Assembly (NCBI GenBank): GCA_041744215.1
Contig: JBGTLG010000041.1
Coordinates: 128,001-192,000, forward strand
DNA length: 64,000 nucleotides
Direction of reading: 5' to 3'
From: Fimbriimonadales bacterium
Lineage (GTDB): Bacteria > Armatimonadota > Fimbriimonadia > Fimbriimonadales > ATM1
This document shows, piece by piece, positions 28,218-37,907 of the stretch (the stretch's first letter is position 1; the number at the start of each line of letters is the position of its first letter). The notes under the pieces were generated by a model. It did not search any database and was not told where the DNA came from. It saw only the letters and a program-made list of their open reading frames with translations. The position numbers and the translations under genes are program-made.

Positions 28218-29306
28218 ATGGCAAGCAGTCGAAATGGTGCAGCAGTCATAGAGGACATCCCGGCATTGGATAAACAGAAAGCATTGGACATGGCCGTCGG
28301 CCAGCTGGAAAAGTCTTATGGAAAGGGCGCGGTGATGCGCCTTGGCGAGAGCACGGCCGAGAAGGTTGACGCGATACCTACCGGCTCGATCAGCCTCGAC
28401 GTCGCACTTGGCGTCGGAGGCATCCCGCGCGGCCGGATCACGGAGATTTATGGAACGGAGAGCTCGGGCAAGACGACGCTGGCTTTGCATGTTATTGCGG
28501 AAGCTCAAAAGAAGGGCGGGCTCGCGCTTTTCGTTGACGCGGAGCACGCTCTGGACATCGAGTATGCGAGGGCGCTCGGGGTGGATGTCGACCGGCTTTA
28601 CATCTCGCAGCCCGCGACCGGTGAAGAGGCGCTCGAAATCATGGACGGCATGATGCGCTCGGGGGCTTTGGACGTCGTCGTGCTGGACTCTGTCGCCGCG
28701 CTTGTTCCCAAGGCCGAGATGGAGGGTGAGATGGGCGACGCGTTCGTCGGGATTCAGGCTCGCATGATGTCGCAGGCGATGCGCAAGCTTGGCGGCAATA
28801 CGAGCAAGACGAAGACGGCGGTCATTTTCATCAACCAGCTTCGCGAGAAGATCGGCGTGATGTATGGCAATCCGGAGACGACACCGGGCGGGCGGTCGCT
28901 GAAATTCTGGGCTTCGGTGCGGCTGGAAGTTCGCCGTGCTGAGACACTCAAGGATGGAGCGGAGCCAATCGGCGCGCGGACGAAGGTGAAGGTTGTTAAG
29001 AATAAGGTCGCGCCTCCGTTCAAGGCCTGCGAGTTCGACATCATGTTTGGGCAGGGCATATCGAAGGCTGGCGACTTGGTCGACGTTGCGAACAAGATGG
29101 GCATCATCTCGCGGAGCGGGACTTACTACAGCTACGGCGATTTGCGGCTTGGCCAGGGCCGGGACAACGCGAAGGCATTCCTCGACACGAATCCGCAGAT
29201 TCTTGCGGAGGTCGATCAGAAGGTGCGCGCAGCGCTTTCGGAGAAGGCTGCGAACTACTCATCGCCGGTGGCCGCGGTCGCTCTGGATGCCGAAGACTTC
29301 GAGTAG
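28218..29306 (+). CDS. recA: Recombinase RecA
   Basis: [45 protein letters not shown]. Confidence 0.99.
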   Translation: MASSRNGAAVIEDIPALDKQKALDMAVGQLEKSYGKGAVMRLGESTAEKVDAIPTGSISLDVALGVGGIPRGRITEIYGTESSGKTTLALHVIAEAQKKGGLALFVDAEHALDIEYARALGVDVDRLYISQPATGEEALEIMDGMMRSGALDVVVLDSVAALVPKAEMEGEMGDAFVGIQARMMSQAMRKLGGNTSKTKTAVIFINQLREKIGVMYGNPETTPGGRSLKFWASVRLEVRRAETLKDGAEPIGARTKVKVVKNKVAPPFKACEFDIMFGQGISKAGDLVDVANKMGIISRSGTYYSYGDLRLGQGRDNAKAFLDTNPQILAEVDQKVRAALSEKAANYSSPVAAVALDAEDFE

Positions 29307-29747
29307 ATGGGCAATGGGGGCGACCCCGAAAGGACAGAAGCGTTAGAGATAGCGCTAAGGATGCTGCGGGTCCGGGATCGGTTCGAGTCTGAAATCCGGG
29401 CCCGTTGCGCCGTGGAGGAATGCTCGCCGGAAGAGATTGATGCGGCGATTGAGTCGTTGCGGGCGAAGCGATTTATCGACGACCGCCGTGTGGCGAAGGG
29501 TTTGGCGTTCAAACTGACCCAGGCGAAGGCTTGGGCGCCAGCTCGGATCGAGGCTGAGCTGAGGCATCGAGGGGCAGATGAAAGCGCCATCGAGGATGCG
29601 CTTCGGGCGCTGCCGGAAGAGTCGAAGACGGTCGCGCGATTCGCTCGAATGCAGCGGGTCTCAGGTTCTGCGCTCGCGCGAAAGCTCTTCTCAGCGGGAT
29701 TCTCAGAGGATGCGATTCTCGTCTTCCTCGATTCGTCTCGCGGGTAG
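29307..29747 (+). CDS. recX: Regulatory protein RecX
   Basis: Directly after recA; ALR.L..RDR.E.E, FIDD, EL..RG, L...GF. Confidence 0.85.
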   Translation: MGNGGDPERTEALEIALRMLRVRDRFESEIRARCAVEECSPEEIDAAIESLRAKRFIDDRRVAKGLAFKLTQAKAWAPARIEAELRHRGADESAIEDALRALPEESKTVARFARMQRVSGSALARKLFSAGFSEDAILVFLDSSRG

Positions 29748-29759
29748 CCTTAGCGTTGC

Positions 29760-30536
29760 ATGCGCATTTTATTCCTGGGCGATATCGTTGGGAAGGTCGG
29801 TCGCCGGGCGGTGGCAAACTGCCTTCCGTCGCTCGTCGATACTTACTCACCTGATTTTGTTATCGTCAACGGCGAGAATTCTGCTGCTGGGGTTGGCATC
29901 ACGCCAGACATCGCCGAAGAGTTCTTCAAGCTGGGAATTGATGGGATTACACTGGGAAACCACGCGTTCAATCGGCGGGAGATAGGGAGTCTGCTGGATT
30001 CGGACAAGCGGATCATCCGGCCTGCGAACTTCCCGCCGGGGGTGTCTGGGCGGGGTCACACGCTTCTCGAGAAAAACGGAATGAAGCTGGGGCTGATTAA
30101 CTTATGTGGGCGGGTGTTCATGTCGGAGTATGACGACCCGTTCCGGCTCTGCGATCAGCTGGTTGCCGATCTCGCGACTCCTGCAACGGTCGTTGACTTC
30201 CATGCGGAGGCGACCTCGGAGAAAAGCGCTTTCGGATGGTATGTGGATGGCCAGGTTAGTGCGGTTCTTGGAACGCACACGCACGTTCAGACCGCAGACG
30301 AGCAGATCTTGCCCGGGGGGACCGCGTTCATATCGGACGTGGGCATGTGCGGGCCGATGGACTCGGTGATCGGCATGGATCGAGACGTGATTCTCAGGCG
30401 GTTTTTGACCCTGCTGCCCGAGCGATTTGAGGTCGCGTCAGGACGTAGTGTAATCTGTGGGGTGGTGTTAGACGTCAAAGAGGATACTGGCCGCGCCGAA
30501 TCGATCGAACGCGTCCAGTGGCGTGATGTCTCATAA
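29760..30536 (+). CDS. ymdB: TIGR00282/YmdB metallophosphoesterase
   Basis: LFLGDIVG, NGENSA.G.G, TLGNH, DFHAEATSEK, GTHTHV. Confidence 0.93.
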   Translation: MRILFLGDIVGKVGRRAVANCLPSLVDTYSPDFVIVNGENSAAGVGITPDIAEEFFKLGIDGITLGNHAFNRREIGSLLDSDKRIIRPANFPPGVSGRGHTLLEKNGMKLGLINLCGRVFMSEYDDPFRLCDQLVADLATPATVVDFHAEATSEKSAFGWYVDGQVSAVLGTHTHVQTADEQILPGGTAFISDVGMCGPMDSVIGMDRDVILRRFLTLLPERFEVASGRSVICGVVLDVKEDTGRAESIERVQWRDVS

Positions 30537-30555
30537 ACCCATTCGGAGGAACTCG

Positions 30556-31473
30556 ATGCTAACGTTTGTTGCAATCTCCGCGCTCGCAATGGCGGGCGCC
30601 CAGGACTCGGTCAGCTTGTCTCTTTACGGCGGTCAGCCCGCAGATCAGGCCGGGATAAGCCTCTCGCCATGGGGCGGAGGCGGGATCGAGGAAAGCGGAT
30701 CCCAGTCCATCGCTGGGTCGCACTCGTTACTGGTTCGCACAGCCACGTTTTTCCAGGGCGGCACGGTTAAATTCGCCAGCCCAGTTCCCGTAGCCCAGTA
30801 CGCGAGCAATCCAGAGAATCTTCTTCTCGTTTCCGCGTTTGTTGTCGGCGGGTCCGGAGTGCCGGCCGCGGGCGGTGGCGGCGACAGAGCTGGCGGCGCG
30901 ATGGCCGGAGGTGGCGCCATGGGAGGGGGAGCAATGGGCGGAGCGACGCAACCCGCACCTCGAGCCAAAAGCATGGAGAATCTCCGCTTGATCATTCGAA
31001 CTTCCGACGGCAAGTCAGCCGAAGCGTACTACCCGCTTGCGACAGCGACCGGAGTAACGGATCGCTGGCGAAGGGTCGGCATCCCGCTGAGCAAGATCCA
31101 AGGCTTTGCGGGAACGAATAAAGAGATCACGTCGATTTCTGTCGCCGGAGACGCGCCAGCGGCGTTTTATCTGGGCGAAGTCCGTGTCGTGACGGACCAA
31201 ACCCCGATCCAAGCTGAGCTCTCGTCGCGGGAAATGAACCTGGGCCGCGGCCAAGAGGTGACGCTATGGGCGATTGCGCAAGCAGGGTTCACTGTCGTCG
31301 AGTACTCATGGGACTTCGATGCACGAGACGGGCTTCAGGACGAGAACACTTCGCAAGTGGTCATGCACCGATTCCGGGTGCCGGGCGAATACACCGTGAC
31401 TTGCACAGTCCGGGACAAGTTCGGCATCAAGCCGCCGTGGTCAGGCACCATCCAGGTGACGGTTAACCCGTAA
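30556..31473 (+). CDS. Secreted protein with C-terminal PKD domain
   Basis: GGAGG RBS, signal peptide, YSWDFD..DG, H.F..PGEYTVT. Confidence 0.8.
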   Translation: MLTFVAISALAMAGAQDSVSLSLYGGQPADQAGISLSPWGGGGIEESGSQSIAGSHSLLVRTATFFQGGTVKFASPVPVAQYASNPENLLLVSAFVVGGSGVPAAGGGGDRAGGAMAGGGAMGGGAMGGATQPAPRAKSMENLRLIIRTSDGKSAEAYYPLATATGVTDRWRRVGIPLSKIQGFAGTNKEITSISVAGDAPAAFYLGEVRVVTDQTPIQAELSSREMNLGRGQEVTLWAIAQAGFTVVEYSWDFDARDGLQDENTSQVVMHRFRVPGEYTVTCTVRDKFGIKPPWSGTIQVTVNP

Positions 31474-31488
31474 CGCACAGCTCATTCG

Positions 31489-31521
31489 AAAAAAGCCTGG
31501 CCTTCAGCCAGGCTTTTTTTT
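31489..31521. terminator. Bidirectional intrinsic terminator
   Basis: AAAAAAGCCTGGC-CTTCA-GCCAGGCTTTTTTTT. Confidence 0.9.
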
Positions 31522-31550
31522 GCACGGTGAGAGTTTTTTTGCCCAAGTTA

Positions 31551-31580
31551 TTGACAGGGTGGCCCAAGTTCCTCTATTCT
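31551..31580 (+). promoter_or_regulatory. Sigma70-type promoter for sigH
   Basis: TTGACA, 18 nt, TATTCT; flanked by a GCCCAAGTT direct repeat. Confidence 0.6.
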
Positions 31581-31642
31581 GATTGAGGCTGTTGTGTGCT
31601 GGCAGGGCGCACGGCGGGGAATCCGCAAGAAAGGGAGTGGAC

Positions 31643-32278
31643 ATGGCAACATTTGGTTCTGACGAGCCCCCCTATCAGTGGCAGGGGCTATGCGATGAAG
31701 ACTTCGTCTCGAAGGCGAGGACGGGAGATGAGCGGGCGTGCGAGTGCCTGGTGGGGCGATACAGGTCGTTTGTGGAAACGAAGGCGCGCGCCTATTTTCT
31801 GGCGGGGGCGGATCACGATGATGTCGTTCAAGAGGGGATGATCGGGCTTTACAAGGCCATTCGGGATTTCAACTGTGATCGACGCTCGAAGTTTCGACCG
31901 TTCGCCGAACTCTGTGTAACTCGGCAGATCATCACGGCAGTGAAGACGGCGACTCGCCAGAAGCACACTCTCCTCAACGGCTACCTATCGATTAACGCAA
32001 GCCTCAGCGGAGATGACGGAGATGGGCACCTGGTAGACATGATCCCGGATAGCAATGGGGTGAACCCTGAGGAAGCTGTAATGAAAAGCCGGGGACTTGG
32101 AAATCTGCACGACGCTATCAAGCACTTGCTAAGCGACTTGGAGCGCAAGGTTCTCAAGTGTTATCTCGAGGGCAAGTCGTATCGAGAGATGTCGAGAGAG
32201 CTCGAGTGCCAGCAGAAGTCAATAGACAATGCTCTACAGCGAGTCAAGAGGAAAGTTCTCTACTTCCTCCACGACTAG
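31643..32278 (+). CDS. sigH: RNA polymerase sigma factor SigH (Bacillus Spo0H-like)
   Basis: YFLAGAD.DDVVQEGMIGLYKAIRDF, FAELCVTRQIITAVKTATRQKH, KSIDNALQRVKRK. Confidence 0.95.
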   Translation: MATFGSDEPPYQWQGLCDEDFVSKARTGDERACECLVGRYRSFVETKARAYFLAGADHDDVVQEGMIGLYKAIRDFNCDRRSKFRPFAELCVTRQIITAVKTATRQKHTLLNGYLSINASLSGDDGDGHLVDMIPDSNGVNPEEAVMKSRGLGNLHDAIKHLLSDLERKVLKCYLEGKSYREMSRELECQQKSIDNALQRVKRKVLYFLHD

Positions 32279-32328
32279 GCCATCCGGGCGATGTGACGAA
32301 GGTTTCTGCTATATTAGTGCAAGCCGCA

Positions 32329-32988
32329 ATGCAAGAACAATCAAGTGCCCCTGTGTCTCCGGCGACTGGCGAAATCCGCGTTACAGTAGCCGACCCAAAA
32401 AAGCTTAACCTCGATGGCCTGACTGCGCTGCTCGGCATGAAGGGCATTCGAGTCGTCGGCTCGACCTCTGATCTCACTGACCTTGTGTCGCTCGTGAGGG
32501 ATTCGAGACCTGATGTGGTAATCGTTGACGCGGCAATGGCGAGCCAGGTTGGCGATCAGCAGTGGGTGCGCCTTCAAAAGAGTTTCCCCGGTCTCAAGAC
32601 TTTGCTCGTCGCAGATGTCGAAACGGCAGCACGGTACGCGGTATTGGCGCCGCCAGAGACGCGAGGAATGATCCAGCGAAGCCAAGACTCGGATGAGCTG
32701 ATGCTGGCGATACGGACCATCGCTTCTGGGCGCATGTGGGAAATGCCGATCAAGAAGCCGTTGAAGAGCGCGCGGGGCCGAAAGATGAGCCCGCTGTCGC
32801 CTCGGGAGCGCGATATCGCCGTCCTGATCACGCAGGGCTACGGCAACCGCGAAATCTCTCAGCGGCTTGGGCTCAGCGAACAGAGCGTCAAGAACCTGGT
32901 CAGCCGGATCCTAAGTAAGCAGGGGCTCAAGAACCGAACTCAGATCGCCCTGTGGCGCCTGGCCTCGGGCGGCGAAGAGGGGGCGTAA
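32329..32988 (+). CDS. NarL/LuxR family response regulator (atypical receiver)
   Basis: REC-like N-terminus; LSPRE..IA.LI.QG..N.EI...L.LSEQSVKN. Confidence 0.88.
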   Translation: MQEQSSAPVSPATGEIRVTVADPKKLNLDGLTALLGMKGIRVVGSTSDLTDLVSLVRDSRPDVVIVDAAMASQVGDQQWVRLQKSFPGLKTLLVADVETAARYAVLAPPETRGMIQRSQDSDELMLAIRTIASGRMWEMPIKKPLKSARGRKMSPLSPRERDIAVLITQGYGNREISQRLGLSEQSVKNLVSRILSKQGLKNRTQIALWRLASGGEEGA

Positions 32989-32995
32989 GCTCTCC

Positions 32996-33799
32996 GTGAT
33001 CGCGAGGGTGCTGACCGCTGCCGTCGGCATCCCGGTACTCGCATTCGCAGCGCTTTCGGAGTCCCTGTGGCCCGTACGCATCCTCGCTGTCGCACTGTTT
33101 GCCCTTGGATCACTGGAGATCGCACGCAGCGAACGCGACGCTCCTCGATTGCTGATGTTTGCGTTCGTTCTGTTGTTTGCGCTCTGCGCATTTATGTGGG
33201 ATGCAGGGGGGGGCATTGCCCTCGCAATTGGGGCTATCGTTTGCAACATCATCTTTTGGTTTGAAGTGCTTGGGGATCGGGGGTCAGGAATCGGGCGCGC
33301 GTTTAGCACTCTACTCCTGCAAGTTGCATGGCTGGGATTCCCGCTACTGCTGCTGATCGTAATCAGAGCGCACGACACTGCCGATGAAGCGTTGCTTTCG
33401 TTATCTCAGGGTTCCGTCCTCATGCTCTTGCTCATCTGCATTTGGGCCTGCGATTCGTTAGCGTTCTTCGTCGGCAGATCGATAGGGAAACGGAAGCTTG
33501 CGCCGACGATTTCGCCGAACAAAACATGGGAGGGCGCGATAGCTGGGGTGCTTGCGGCAGTGGCCGCAGGAATGCTGATAGGTATAGCCTTTCATATTGA
33601 ACTTATACATTCTCTCTTGATTGGCGCGATTGCAGGGATCCTCGGTCAGTTAGGCGACCTGTTCCAAAGTGCCTGGAAGAGGTCGCTCGGCTTGAAGGAC
33701 AGTGGCGCGCTCCTGCCTGGGCATGGAGGTGTCCTCGACAGGTTTGATTCGCTACTGTATTGCGCGCCAGCGACGGCGCTCGTCATTGCGCTGGTGTAG
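32996..33799 (+). CDS. cdsA: Phosphatidate cytidylyltransferase
   Basis: ISPNKTWEG, GDL.QS..KR..G.KDSG.LLPGHGGVLDRFDS. Confidence 0.95.
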   Translation: MIARVLTAAVGIPVLAFAALSESLWPVRILAVALFALGSLEIARSERDAPRLLMFAFVLLFALCAFMWDAGGGIALAIGAIVCNIIFWFEVLGDRGSGIGRAFSTLLLQVAWLGFPLLLLIVIRAHDTADEALLSLSQGSVLMLLLICIWACDSLAFFVGRSIGKRKLAPTISPNKTWEGAIAGVLAAVAAGMLIGIAFHIELIHSLLIGAIAGILGQLGDLFQSAWKRSLGLKDSGALLPGHGGVLDRFDSLLYCAPATALVIALV

Positions 33800-35159
33800 A
33801 TTGTGCAAACACGTTTGTTGGCAACCAGACTTTCAAAAAATCTCTTGCTGAGGATGGACAAACGCGAACGTCGCATCGCGACAACCTGCGCACATCATCA
33901 ATTGTTTTGTCGTCCAGAAACACGACATCATCTTTCAACGCGATGTCAGGAATTGCAACGATTCCCATCGGTTGATGCGCTTCAAGTGTTGCTATCAAAT
34001 CTTGCGCAGTGATTAGTCCTGTAACAGTGATGCCTTGACCAAAGAAGTTGTTTTTTACCGCGATCACTTCGACATCGAGATTCTCAACTTTTGATATCCG
34101 CTGCGCAAAGTCTTCGATCACCCTCGCCGCGAGCTCCCCGGTGATTAGCGTGATCCGCTCCGGCCTTGCGATCGAGGTTGGGAGCAATCCGTAAGCGGAC
34201 TTCGCTTCGTCCAGAAACTTGCGGCACGTGCCCACCCCGTCTTCAAACTGGGGGAAGTCCTCATAGAACGCTCGGCCAGGGACCTTCTTTTCGGCATAGA
34301 AGAACCACTCATCTGTCGGGAAAACGAACCTGGTTCCGAGCTTCGAAGTGAACTCCTCGTGCCATCTTCTGGTCGTCGCCAGGAACTGGCGCGCATACTC
34401 GGGAGTCACCTGCTGAATCGGGTAGAGATTGTGCCGAAACTGCGTCAGCCCTACGGGGACGACCGCTACGCTGAGTACTCCAGCCCGGTTTCCGGTGCAT
34501 TCACTATGCAGTTGGGCGAGTTCGTGGACGGTTTGATCGATCGCGGGCCCGTCATTAAGGCCTGGGCAGAGGACAACCTGGCAGTGGACGCTGACGCCTG
34601 ATTCGATGAGTTCGGTAAGTCTTGGCAGGATCGGCTCCGCCGCCCCTCGTCCGAGCATGAATCCCCTAAGACGAGGATCCGTTGCGTGAACGCTCACGTA
34701 CAGCGGCGAGAGTCCCTGCCCTTTCGTCCGCTCGAACTCCTCTTCAGACATGTTGGTCAGCGTCACGTAGTTGCCGTGGAGGAAACTCAAGCGGAAATCG
34801 TCGTCCATGAGATAGAGCGACTTGCGCATGCCCTTCGGCATTTGGTGGATGAAGCAGAAAACACACTTGTTGTCGCACGTATGGATCTGATCGGCGAGTT
34901 CGAATGTGAATCTAAAGCCCAGGTCCGCGCCCCATTCCCTGGTTATATGTACCGTTTGGTACACTCCGTCCCGCACGAACTCCACATCGAATTCCTCCTC
35001 GCTTGTGCCGAAGCGAAAGTCGATAATGTCATCAACATCTTCGCCGTCAACTCGCCGCACGACGTCACCGGGCAAGAAACCTGCGAGATCGGCAGGGGAT
35101 CCCGCTTCGACTTCTTTGACCACGAGGCCCTTTGTGCGGAGTTGGAGAAGTTCACTCAA
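33783..35159 (-). CDS. PDZ + radical-SAM-like DUF512 protein
   Basis: N-terminal PDZ, CDNKCVFC, DDDFRLSFL.GNY.TLTN, VVPVGLT, QFEDGVG. Confidence 0.9.
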   Translation of the reverse strand: MSELLQLRTKGLVVKEVEAGSPADLAGFLPGDVVRRVDGEDVDDIIDFRFGTSEEEFDVEFVRDGVYQTVHITREWGADLGFRFTFELADQIHTCDNKCVFCFIHQMPKGMRKSLYLMDDDFRLSFLHGNYVTLTNMSEEEFERTKGQGLSPLYVSVHATDPRLRGFMLGRGAAEPILPRLTELIESGVSVHCQVVLCPGLNDGPAIDQTVHELAQLHSECTGNRAGVLSVAVVPVGLTQFRHNLYPIQQVTPEYARQFLATTRRWHEEFTSKLGTRFVFPTDEWFFYAEKKVPGRAFYEDFPQFEDGVGTCRKFLDEAKSAYGLLPTSIARPERITLITGELAARVIEDFAQRISKVENLDVEVIAVKNNFFGQGITVTGLITAQDLIATLEAHQPMGIVAIPDIALKDDVVFLDDKTIDDVRRLSRCDVRVCPSSARDFLKVWLPTNVFAQSTPAQ

Positions 35160-35168
35160 ACACGAAGA

Positions 35169-37871
35169 TTAAACCCTGCTCAGGTCGACCTCCGCGTCGC
35201 AGTTGGACGGAAGATTGAGTCGGTAGTCGAAGCCGCTTGGCCCGTACCACCACTCGACATTGATGGGACCACGCACCGTTGGGACGGATCCTGAGCATGA
35301 TTCGAGCCCATTTGGTACCGGCCGAAAGAGGACTCTTTCGTGGGCTGTACCATTTCGTACAATTCCGAGCGCGATTCGTGAAAGAAAGTAGGGGGGACCT
35401 GCACTCCATGCGTGGCAGTGACTTCGAGTCCATCGACCGCCAGGCATATACCCTGGAAACAGCTCCCAGCATGTGGTCGCGCCTTTATCGACCATGAGGC
35501 CCCACTTATCTTCGATTATCTGATAAATCCGCTTGTATTCGCCGATTCGTTCAAGAAACTCCATGATGAAAAACTGAAAGAAAGGCGTCCCGGGCTGCAC
35601 AAATCCCTCTGTAACTTCGCCACTTATGATGCTGTTCAGCCTGGCCTGTCGCTCCGGAGGTGGTAGCCCGGCCAGGGACAACACACATTGGGTCTGCGCG
35701 CTGAAGACCTCTGATCTGCTTCCGTCGTAGTGAATGCAGTCGACGTATGCGCCCCGGTCAACATCCCAAAGATTGCTGTTGACGGCTTTGGCAATGTGAT
35801 CAATCGCCCGTAGGTCTGACTCGGCGTCCGCGTCCTGCCCGAGGTGCTTGGCGATCGCCGCACTCGACTTGAGCGCCCATGCAAACCACCCTTGCCCTGC
35901 CGTCACGACCCCTCGGCCAGGCTGATCCATTCCGGACCAATCTGTGAGATTCCAGGCCTCAATCTCGAATAGCCCGTCGGAGTTTATGAGCTCCAGAGCG
36001 TTGTCGGTCTGGCGCCTGATGGAAGGGTAGATCTCCTTGAGGAACTTCTCGTCGCCTGCATATTGATAATGCTCCCAGCACGCGATCTGCCACAGAAAGC
36101 TCCAGGCCGGGATAATCGTTTGCCAGCCGCTTGGAACCTGACTGTTCACCAGTCCGCCGGACTGAAGACTCTCAGCGGCTAGGTTCCAACACCGCTTCAC
36201 AAAGCTCCAATCACCGGAAACAGCGTAGTTGATCAGCGCTTCGTTGCGCGCATCACCGGCCCAAAAGGTCTGCTCGTAGGTCGGGCAGTCCACAAAGGTG
36301 TCCTCGCTGCACAGTTGAGCGGTGCGGGCGCTGATCTTGTGGATCTGATTGAGATCTGGCGACGAAGAATTGAATCGGCCGCCCCTCTTCATTTGAAGTG
36401 TCGATTCCAGCACTTCGACATTCCGTATTGTGCAGCTTTTTGCCTGAAACAATAAGAATCGCGCGCCACGACGTTGCAGGCTCCTCAAGATGTGATTCCC
36501 GGCCGGGATGGACTTTTCGAATGTGTTCGCCATCTCCCAGCAAAAGTCTAGCTGACCATCCTGAATCGACTCAAAACCGTTGACGATGATGCGCGCTGGC
36601 TCCTCAGCTTCGACCTCGAACTTCCAGTAGCCAACAGTCATGCGTCCAAGATCGAGGATGATCTGGGTTTCCTCTTCTCCAAAAACGAGGTCTGCCAGGT
36701 CAGAGGGAACCTCGCTGAGAACCTGGGCATGAGCCGTCCGCACAAACGCTGAGTCAAGCATCACGTCAGGGGCCGACAGATGAAGAGCCGTAGTAGCCTC
36801 ATGCGCGGCAATCTCCTGCGATTCCGCACGAGCGTACAGCTCCAACCGCTCCGGCTCCATGAGCGGACCCGTTACGAGGACTGGGAAGTCCAAAATGAGT
36901 TCCGCATCATCGACTGAAATCGTGAAGGTCCATTCATGATAGTGGCCGCTGACGTCGAGGATGAGCGTGTTTTGGCCCTGTCGAACTTCACCACGTAGTG
37001 CAGGCGCCGCTTCGAACGTGTTTCGCCTTGACGGACAACTCTCCAACGGGACCCCATTCAGCTTGCCCTTTGCCTGGACCCAGAACCAGTCTCGCGGGAG
37101 CTCGAAGATGACCTGGCCACTTTGTTTCACGTGAAACACTAGAGTAACGAGGGCAAAGATCTCCTTTGGGCCAGCTTCCACGTGGCCCGGCAAGAGCGCA
37201 CGGCGGAGGGCTAGCGTCCAAATCGTAGCTGGGGCTCGAACAACGCGACTACACACAACCCCGACTGGCTTCACGCTGTCGACGACCTCGCATTGGACCT
37301 CAGATTGCGACAGACGACGTGCGTCTTCAACCGCAACACACTTCACCCAGCCTTCTTCCCCGAAGCCGGGCAGGGTCCAGGACAGATCGGGTCCCAAGGC
37401 CGCAGGCTCAAGCCAGCCAAGCTGACAGGACATGCGTAGGTCCTTCGGCGGGCCGAACGGATCCGGCAGGCAACTCCACGTCTCATCGGTGGAGATGACA
37501 ACCGTTCCGCCTCCAACAATCTCCGCGATCACCCCCGCGTCACCGAGTACGTATCGAAACGTCGAGATGCCATTGGCCTTCGCTAGAATCGCAATTGAGT
37601 TCGCTCCAGTTCGAAGGAATTGATGAACTATATATCTATCGTACTTATAATTATCCGGAAATCCTCGCGATGGGCCCTGGCCAACCCATTCGCCGTTGAC
37701 CCACACGGCGTACTCCGCGTCAGCTGAGATGAGAAGCGCCGCATCATCCGGAACCAAGTTGACCTCAAAATCCCTCCGAAACGCGCACCAGTGGTTCCAT
37801 TCGCGCCTCGAATCCGCTGAGTCCCAGATCCATCGCGCTGACAGCACCTTCTCTGCTTCGACACGGGGCAA
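35169..37871 (-). CDS. Alpha-L-rhamnosidase-like glycoside hydrolase (GH78)
   Basis: ISAD..Y...VNG, DTFVDCP.YEQ.FW.GD, GATTCWE, SHCHAWS. Confidence 0.88.
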   Translation of the reverse strand: MPRVEAEKVLSARWIWDSADSRREWNHWCAFRRDFEVNLVPDDAALLISADAEYAVWVNGEWVGQGPSRGFPDNYKYDRYIVHQFLRTGANSIAILAKANGISTFRYVLGDAGVIAEIVGGGTVVISTDETWSCLPDPFGPPKDLRMSCQLGWLEPAALGPDLSWTLPGFGEEGWVKCVAVEDARRLSQSEVQCEVVDSVKPVGVVCSRVVRAPATIWTLALRRALLPGHVEAGPKEIFALVTLVFHVKQSGQVIFELPRDWFWVQAKGKLNGVPLESCPSRRNTFEAAPALRGEVRQGQNTLILDVSGHYHEWTFTISVDDAELILDFPVLVTGPLMEPERLELYARAESQEIAAHEATTALHLSAPDVMLDSAFVRTAHAQVLSEVPSDLADLVFGEEETQIILDLGRMTVGYWKFEVEAEEPARIIVNGFESIQDGQLDFCWEMANTFEKSIPAGNHILRSLQRRGARFLLFQAKSCTIRNVEVLESTLQMKRGGRFNSSSPDLNQIHKISARTAQLCSEDTFVDCPTYEQTFWAGDARNEALINYAVSGDWSFVKRCWNLAAESLQSGGLVNSQVPSGWQTIIPAWSFLWQIACWEHYQYAGDEKFLKEIYPSIRRQTDNALELINSDGLFEIEAWNLTDWSGMDQPGRGVVTAGQGWFAWALKSSAAIAKHLGQDADAESDLRAIDHIAKAVNSNLWDVDRGAYVDCIHYDGSRSEVFSAQTQCVLSLAGLPPPERQARLNSIISGEVTEGFVQPGTPFFQFFIMEFLERIGEYKRIYQIIEDKWGLMVDKGATTCWELFPGYMPGGRWTRSHCHAWSAGPPYFLSRIALGIVRNGTAHERVLFRPVPNGLESCSGSVPTVRGPINVEWWYGPSGFDYRLNLPSNCDAEVDLSRV

Positions 37872-37907
37872 ATGAAACCCTTGAATGCGATAGGTATATT
37901 GCGCCGA

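Noticed and set aside
26723..28291. Minus-strand ORFs of 266 and 247 aa
   Set aside because: Shadows of the CapK-like gene and the recA promoter region.
31643..32278. Sporulation capability inferred from sigH
   Set aside because: No other sporulation genes are seen, and SigH occurs in non-sporulating bacteria.
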